Of a stretch of 64,000 nt of DNA, positions 59,057-64,000 are shown in pieces. Under the pieces are notes generated by a model that saw nothing but the letters and a program-made list of their open reading frames with translations, did not search any database and was not told the DNA's origin. The translations under genes were made by a program, and so were the position numbers. The DNA lies in the NCBI GenBank assembly GCA_034190245.1, contig JAXHTJ010000001.1, positions 7,597 to 71,596 of the forward strand, given 5' to 3'. Within the stretch, counting starts at the first letter, position 1. Every line of letters starts with the position of its first letter. The DNA is from Halobacteriota archaeon. GTDB lineage: Archaea > Halobacteriota > Syntropharchaeia > DAOWMC01.

Positions 59057-59617
59057 ATGATTAGAAGGGCGGAAGAATCCGATATTGAGAGAATATTGAG
59101 TGTATTATCCTGCTATAATTTCAAAGTACTGAATCCTGTTGACGATTCCCCCATTGATGATGAAAGTGAAGAACTGATAACACTCTACAATGGTGCAAGT
59201 GAATTAAACCTTGATAAAGGGTTCGTTGCGGAATATGAAGGGAAAATTGTTGGTTTTTCACATTACAAACGACACGAAGACGGTAAAGCAAAGACGACGT
59301 TACTCACCGTCATGCCAAAATATAGGAAACATGGATTCGGTAAGAAACTTCAGATTGCCCGGATGAAGGACGCATACGATAATGGATATGAGATCCTTAT
59401 GACATTCACAGAGAATCCCAAAGCATCAAAGTGGTATGTCAAACATTTTGGATATCAGGTAATAGGAACAGATGTCTGTTATCACCGTCTACATTTTATA
59501 CCGCTGAGCAATCGGATTATATGGGGCGTTCATTATGGTATATATGGGTATGATAAAGTAGATGTGTTGGAATGTGATCTGGGTGAATTTTTTATGAATG
59601 CGACATCATCTTTTTAG
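59057..59617 (+). CDS. GNAT-family N-acetyltransferase
   Basis: …RKHGFGKKL… acetyl-CoA-binding motif. Confidence 0.7.
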   Translation: MIRRAEESDIERILSVLSCYNFKVLNPVDDSPIDDESEELITLYNGASELNLDKGFVAEYEGKIVGFSHYKRHEDGKAKTTLLTVMPKYRKHGFGKKLQIARMKDAYDNGYEILMTFTENPKASKWYVKHFGYQVIGTDVCYHRLHFIPLSNRIIWGVHYGIYGYDKVDVLECDLGEFFMNATSSF

Positions 59618-59623
59618 CACAAA

Positions 59624-60592
59624 CTACCACCCAAGGAGTCGTTCGAAGAATTCCGTGATTGGAGTTACTATTGTGCTCACTATCTCAGGAAGATAAATGT
59701 CGGATTCTTCTTCCTGGGATTCGGATGTTGGTGAAATAACAACAGTAGGTGTTAACGTTTGATTGAGAGTTGGTTCAATTGTTGGCGTGGATGTTGGAGT
59801 TGGTGTAGCCGTTGGAGTGGCTGTCGGAGTTGGGGTGGGTATTGGTGTAGGAGTTGGTGGGGTTATAGGTGTTGGCGTGGGTGTAGGTATCGGTTTTGCT
59901 CTCACCTTATTTGAGAAATCGCTTTCACCAACGTCATTTACTGCCTTAACCATGTAGTAGTGACTTCTCCTATTTTTTATATTGTCACTGTCATTAAAGG
60001 TGGCCCAATCGGATGATATAATGGCGTGAAGAGTCCGTGTTTGATGGGATAGCCGTCTATAGATCGTGTAACTGGTCACCTTTGAACCACCATCATTTGA
60101 CGAGGGGTCCCAAGCGATTTCTATATAATCATGGCCAACATCCGTTATTGTTAGATTTGTTGGTGGAGATGGAGCTGATGCTGATGTCTTAAAAAAGATA
60201 TCATCTCCGTAACTTATTCCATCAAAATTCAATGCACATGCTCTGAAGTGATAAGTTGTTCCAGGACTCAAACCAGTGATATCTTCACGAAATGAACCTG
60301 GCGATGACATGGATATATTAGCGGTTGAGCATCCATAATATTTCGTTAAGCCATATTCAAACCAAACCTGGCAATCTTCTTGATATTGAAAATCAGAAGG
60401 AACGCCTGTTGAATCAAGATTACCATTCAAAATAGCAGTTGAAGTTGTAATACAAGAGGCATTATCAGTCGTTGCTAGGGGTTTACCAGCTTTTACTAAC
60501 CTTAATGAAGCAGCATTGTCCGATGCATCAACCACCACAATAACTGATAAAACCAATCCCATAAATATGAGTATTGCAAGAATTTTTTTCAT
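59624..60592 (-). CDS. Secreted protein with two fibronectin-type-III-like domains and a long Pro/Thr linker
   Basis: Signal peptide [23 protein letters not shown]. …[11 protein letters not shown]… and …TSYTIYRR… are FN3-like. [33 protein letters not shown] linker is present. Confidence 0.6.
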   Translation of the reverse strand: MKKILAILIFMGLVLSVIVVVDASDNAASLRLVKAGKPLATTDNASCITTSTAILNGNLDSTGVPSDFQYQEDCQVWFEYGLTKYYGCSTANISMSSPGSFREDITGLSPGTTYHFRACALNFDGISYGDDIFFKTSASAPSPPTNLTITDVGHDYIEIAWDPSSNDGGSKVTSYTIYRRLSHQTRTLHAIISSDWATFNDSDNIKNRRSHYYMVKAVNDVGESDFSNKVRAKPIPTPTPTPITPPTPTPIPTPTPTATPTATPTPTSTPTIEPTLNQTLTPTVVISPTSESQEEESDIYLPEIVSTIVTPITEFFERLLGW

Positions 60593-60756
60593 GTGTAGAT
60601 ATACCAATGTATCTTATTTTGTATATATTTTTTGTTAGTCACTATACACCATATCTAACAAAACCTTGCAAAGCATGTTCCAACTCTGGAGGTTGAGTTA
60701 TTAATCACCGTAAAATTTAATATTTATTTATGGCATAATTTATATGGGGTAAGAAA

Positions 60757-60909
60757 ATGATATGTGACATCTGTGGAAAAGAGTTAGAAACTGAGGTTAG
60801 ATCAGTATCTACAGATAGCATAATAACGTGTGATAGGTGCACACGGTGGGCTAAAAAGATAAGCGATGATTATGTGATGGGCTTTGGAAACTCAAGAGGA
60901 CAGGGATAA
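60757..60909 (+). CDS. Small zinc-ribbon protein (50 aa)
   Basis: MICDICGKELETEVRSVSTDSIITCDRCTRWAKK… has a CxxC…CxxC pair. There is an AT-rich TATA-like stretch upstream. It is below the ORF-track length cutoff. Confidence 0.3.
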   Translation: MICDICGKELETEVRSVSTDSIITCDRCTRWAKKISDDYVMGFGNSRGQG

Positions 60910-61127
60910 ATTCCACACTTTTTTGTAACGTCTCTTGGATAAAGTGCTCCAATAGTTGCTTGGGTTAAGTGAGCAACTGCCATCTGACTATCTGCTGTAC
61001 GCACAAATCCATCAAGAGTAAGAGATTCCACGTAAAATGAGAGGATCCACATAACACAGTATGATATCATAACGTGGCTTCATTACAATATTACTCCCAT
61101 ATCCATAGTTCCGATTGATCAGGAGTG

Positions 61128-61565
61128 CTAATATTTTCCGGTCAGCTTTCTTATTCCTCGATGTATCCCATGCATACCGAAGCTGCCTCCAAGATATGTC
61201 ATTGGACAACGTCCGGTAATGCATTCTATTTGAGACTCGCTACATCTCTTTTCTACTTCTGGCGTCTCAGTCCTAAAATGTATCCAAATGTTTTTGATAC
61301 CTTTATCTTCCACTTCTTGCATCACCTTCGCAGGCTCGATCTTCGTCACTCCGATTACTGCACCATCCACACCTTGCGGAAGCTCGGAGACACTATTTAA
61401 GGTACCATCATCTGGCTTATCAGAGATATCAACAACATGGACCTTCTTTTCCCTTTTGGTCAGTTCTTTTATTGTCCACTTCATTGCCGGTTTTGTCTTA
61501 TCAGTAACCACCACAAAACTATTGGCATCCCAGAAAGATTCTTGCTCGGTTGACATTTTTTTCAC
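61128..61565 (-). CDS. CoA-binding-domain protein (YccU-like)
   Basis: …DGAVIGVTK…IWIHF…GRCPMTY… follows the CoA_binding_2 pattern. Confidence 0.5.
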   Translation of the reverse strand: MKKMSTEQESFWDANSFVVVTDKTKPAMKWTIKELTKREKKVHVVDISDKPDDGTLNSVSELPQGVDGAVIGVTKIEPAKVMQEVEDKGIKNIWIHFRTETPEVEKRCSESQIECITGRCPMTYLGGSFGMHGIHRGIRKLTGKY

Positions 61566-61753
61566 CCCACCTATATTCCGGTATGCAATTATTGGTATTG
61601 TTACATCTTATAAGCTTTATGGATCCCTGAAGATTTTCGTCTCTGTACTCATAGGGGTACATCATTGCTTAATATAAAAGCTCAGTCCTTGTTTTTCTTC
61701 ATTGACATAGAGAATAGGGAAGGTATGTGAGATATATTTTACGGAAGCCGAAG

Positions 61754-61906
61754 TTAAAAGACATAACCTTCATAAAACTCTTCAAGAAATGGATTCTTTT
61801 CATGTTCTTCTAATATTTTTCCCATTTTTAATTCATGTGAGAAATAGTTGGTCAGGCTTGTTTTACCGGCGCCTACACATCCCTCGAAGCTTATTATTTT
61901 TGTCAT
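61754..61906 (-). pseudogene. Truncated N-terminal fragment of a P-loop deoxynucleoside/nucleotide kinase
   Basis: MTKIISFEGCVGAGKTSLTNYFSHELKMGKILEEHEKNPFLEEFYEGYVF then a stop. Only the Walker-A region of a dNK-like kinase is present, and it overlaps the 3' end of the upstream gene. Confidence 0.4.
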
Positions 61907-62819
61907 TTGGATTACCGTTCTTATTTTTTGACCTCGTTTTAGAACACGCAAAAATTGATATTAATAAAGCTAAAATTGAAAAGATAACAGTGAAATAAGC
62001 CCAACAGGGGAGGGTTTCTTCTACTCCTTGAGTGGAACTAACAAGTATAGACAGGGCAGCAACTAAAACAGCTATAGCAGTGAAGATTATTCCTATCGAT
62101 GTATCAAGTTTTGTTTCAAATCGGTTTGTTCTTTTTTCAATTTCGTCAATCCGTTGTGCTGCCTCGGTAAATAAAGCACTTTTCAACCAATAATCATAAT
62201 CATCAAGATCCTTACGGCGTGGTGGTCGAGGGAATTTTTTACTCTCTTCCTTAAAAGTGGTAGTCTTGGCAAAATCGATCGTAGCAAGTTTTTCCCCTTT
62301 CTTAATTATAACAGCTTCGTCTGATAGATTATATATTGGACAAAAGAGGTGACCGAACCAACCTGGATCAACTTGAGGGCCACCAACCCAGAGTAAACCT
62401 TTATAAGCCCATTTTACCCTTATGTTCCAACGACCGATAAGGAATCGGGGGATGTTAACTATTTCTCTTGTTTTGATTATAGCAACCTGAAAAGGGGGTA
62501 TGACTATCTTATCATTTTTTTTGTTCAACTCTTCCATTATTCCTCCAAGAGCGTATTTATCCCCTACCGTCAGCTGGTATGAGGCGGCTTTTAAATTTTT
62601 TTTGTCAAATGGATAGATTAACTTAAATTCTTTTACATATCTCTCGATTTCATCGCTCAAAAGTATTCCTGGCTCCCCGTTTGGGTCCTTTGCAGGATCA
62701 GGAAATTTTTCCAGAATATCATCTATAGATAAATGTTCCTCTATTTCCTCCAAAGAATATCTATTTAAAAGTTCATCCAAAGAGAGTTTCTTCAATTTTT
62801 CTGGGTTGACTTTGTTCAT
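61863..62819 (-). CDS. dCTP-deaminase/dUTPase-fold domain protein with N-terminal extension and C-terminal 2-TM tail
   Basis: …ILLSDEIERYVKEFKLIYPFDKKNLKAASYQLTVGD… and …GGPQVDPGWFGHLFCPIYNLSDEAVIIKKGEKLATIDF… match Dcd/Dcd-Dut signature regions. The last ~90 aa contain two hydrophobic helices (IGIIFTAIAVLVAALSILV; YFTVIFSILALLISIFA). Confidence 0.6.
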   Translation of the reverse strand: MNKVNPEKLKKLSLDELLNRYSLEEIEEHLSIDDILEKFPDPAKDPNGEPGILLSDEIERYVKEFKLIYPFDKKNLKAASYQLTVGDKYALGGIMEELNKKNDKIVIPPFQVAIIKTREIVNIPRFLIGRWNIRVKWAYKGLLWVGGPQVDPGWFGHLFCPIYNLSDEAVIIKKGEKLATIDFAKTTTFKEESKKFPRPPRRKDLDDYDYWLKSALFTEAAQRIDEIEKRTNRFETKLDTSIGIIFTAIAVLVAALSILVSSTQGVEETLPCWAYFTVIFSILALLISIFACSKTRSKNKNGNPNDKNNKLRGMCRRR

Positions 62820-63867
62820 ACTCTACCACCATAGTACTTGTTCTTCTATCAATAAGTTCTTGGTCTGTTGGTCCAGTCCCAACAAAATCTATTTTTATCC
62901 CTATCTCCAATTCTAACCACGAGATAAACTCTTTAGTTTTTTGTGTTAACCCACTATAATCCTTCACACCTTTATTTTTATAATCTAAATAATCTACCCC
63001 CATCAAGGCTATTTCAGTTGGCCTGTTTACGGAGATGGCCTTTTTCACGATATCAAGATCGAATCTTGCTACCCTACGTAGTTTTTTGGTTACTGATGTG
63101 AATTCTTGAATTTCATAGGGATAACCACTTTCGCACTGGATAGTTTTCCAGTTAATTTCTTTTGGAAGGGGACCTGAGTTCCCACTTACTCTGATTGGAA
63201 ATGTCCGTATCACCATAACAATATCAGAAACCACTAACGGACTTATTCCGACTTCACTCAAAAACCCTGAAACTGTAGTATCTCTACTGGTGGCATAGGG
63301 GTAATAAGGGCTATGGTATAAAGACAAGCCAAACCCTTGTGTTCCTTCAATGACAATTTTTTTACCATTCAAATGATGATTCATTACGTTTTGAGAAACA
63401 CAAGTTAGATACGGCTTTAATTCGGGGACATCCCTAGCTAACTTAAAATCACCCCCTCTTAAAACCCGATTGGCAACAGCAATACCTGTGCCTGTGCATG
63501 TAGAGCCAATTCTCTTGTTAAGTTCCAATTCCTCTTCTTTTTGGTTATACTCTTCATTTATAATAGCTGCATTAGAATCTATTCCCAATCTATCTGGACT
63601 TAGGTCGAATGTGTCTATCTCCTCAAATAAAAGATCGAGGTCTATAAGGCAACCTGCTGCAAGGAGCAGTTTCGTATTATCATTTACTACTCCTGCAGGG
63701 ACGGATCTAAGTACTATCTGTCCATGATTTATGGTAATAGTATGCCCTGAGTTCGGCCCTCCACATCTAACCGCTACATCAAATCCTTTTTCACGGCACA
63801 TATAGGCCGTTATTTTACCTTTTCCTTCAGATCCAAACTGTCCACCCACAACTACTTTAACAGGCAA
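62773..63867 (-). CDS. Adenylosuccinate-synthetase-family protein (short archaeal/PurZ-like type) with noncanonical P-loop
   Basis: MPVKVVVGGQFGSEGKGKI…GGPNSGHTI…GTQGFGLSLY…VTKKLRRVARFDL…. Canonical PurA has GxQWGDEGKGK, whereas here the Asp is Ser and Trp is Phe. Start is TTG at 63865-63867 with an AGGTGA RBS. Confidence 0.7.
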   Translation of the reverse strand: MPVKVVVGGQFGSEGKGKITAYMCREKGFDVAVRCGGPNSGHTITINHGQIVLRSVPAGVVNDNTKLLLAAGCLIDLDLLFEEIDTFDLSPDRLGIDSNAAIINEEYNQKEEELELNKRIGSTCTGTGIAVANRVLRGGDFKLARDVPELKPYLTCVSQNVMNHHLNGKKIVIEGTQGFGLSLYHSPYYPYATSRDTTVSGFLSEVGISPLVVSDIVMVIRTFPIRVSGNSGPLPKEINWKTIQCESGYPYEIQEFTSVTKKLRRVARFDLDIVKKAISVNRPTEIALMGVDYLDYKNKGVKDYSGLTQKTKEFISWLELEIGIKIDFVGTGPTDQELIDRRTSTMVVEYEQSQPRKIEETLFG

Positions 63868-63869
63868 AG

Positions 63870-64000
63870 CTACTCACCTATACATAAATGAAGATCTGCC
63901 ATTTTAAACTTTGGCATAGGTTTAAGATTTGGTATAATCAGATACCTTTCCTCTTCATTTCCTAAAGCTTCATAATCCCCTGCAAGATAAAAATATCCAA
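63870..64000 (-). CDS. 3' end of an upstream ORF (partial), same strand as the PurA-like gene
   Basis: Open frame …ERYLIIPNLKPMPKFKMADLHLCIGE* whose stop overlaps the PurA-like RBS. Confidence 0.3.
   Translation of the reverse strand, partial: GYFYLAGDYEALGNEEERYLIIPNLKPMPKFKMADLHLCIGE

Noticed and set aside
61754-61951. Full 65-aa ORF from the track start
   Set aside because: The first 15 codons overlap the upstream gene out of frame. Only the MTKIISFEGCVGAGKT… portion looks like real (truncated) kinase sequence, so it is treated as a fragment or pseudogene.
62773-63867. Calling this gene simply housekeeping purA
   Set aside because: Not rejected outright. However, the Ser-for-Asp P-loop, the AT-rich context and the odd neighbours make a plain purA call unsafe without checking for a second canonical copy.

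Overview
This 64-kb window is an archaeal (euryarchaeal) chromosomal segment of roughly mid-40% GC, most likely from an H4MPT-using lineage such as a methanogen, ANME or a Methanosarcinales-like relative. Archaeal origin is supported by ribosomal proteins L19e/uL18/uS5, RNase P Rpp30, diphthine synthase, deoxyhypusine synthase and an archaeal-type GluRS. A fused Fae-Hps enzyme and a PGF-CTERM-anchored surface protein fit the lineage call. Housekeeping genes (fumarate hydratase alpha/beta, IleRS, pyrBI, a Sir2 deacetylase, two thiolase paralogs, an aminotransferase) are interleaved with accessory material. The accessory regions I would follow up are four. (1) At about 37.6-41.7 kb there is an IS200-family tnpA with flanking hairpins, a PGF-CTERM beta-helix protein carrying very recent internal duplications, and a Panacea-domain protein paired with a RelE/ParE-like toxin. 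(2) At about 60.6-64 kb a markedly AT-rich island encodes a PurA-like protein with a substituted P-loop Asp, a dCTP-deaminase-fold domain fused to a 2-TM tail, and a truncated P-loop kinase; together these look like a candidate nucleotide-pool or DNA-modification module. (3) At 55.7-59.6 kb a PaaK-like ligase, an MprF-flippase-like membrane protein, a BKACE enzyme and a GNAT form an operon. (4) At 34.6-35.7 kb a degenerate KaiC-like ATPase sits with a small membrane protein. I found no rRNA, tRNA or CRISPR array. Coordinates of starts are my best reading of the sequence; exact 5' ends and all family assignments need profile-HMM confirmation.
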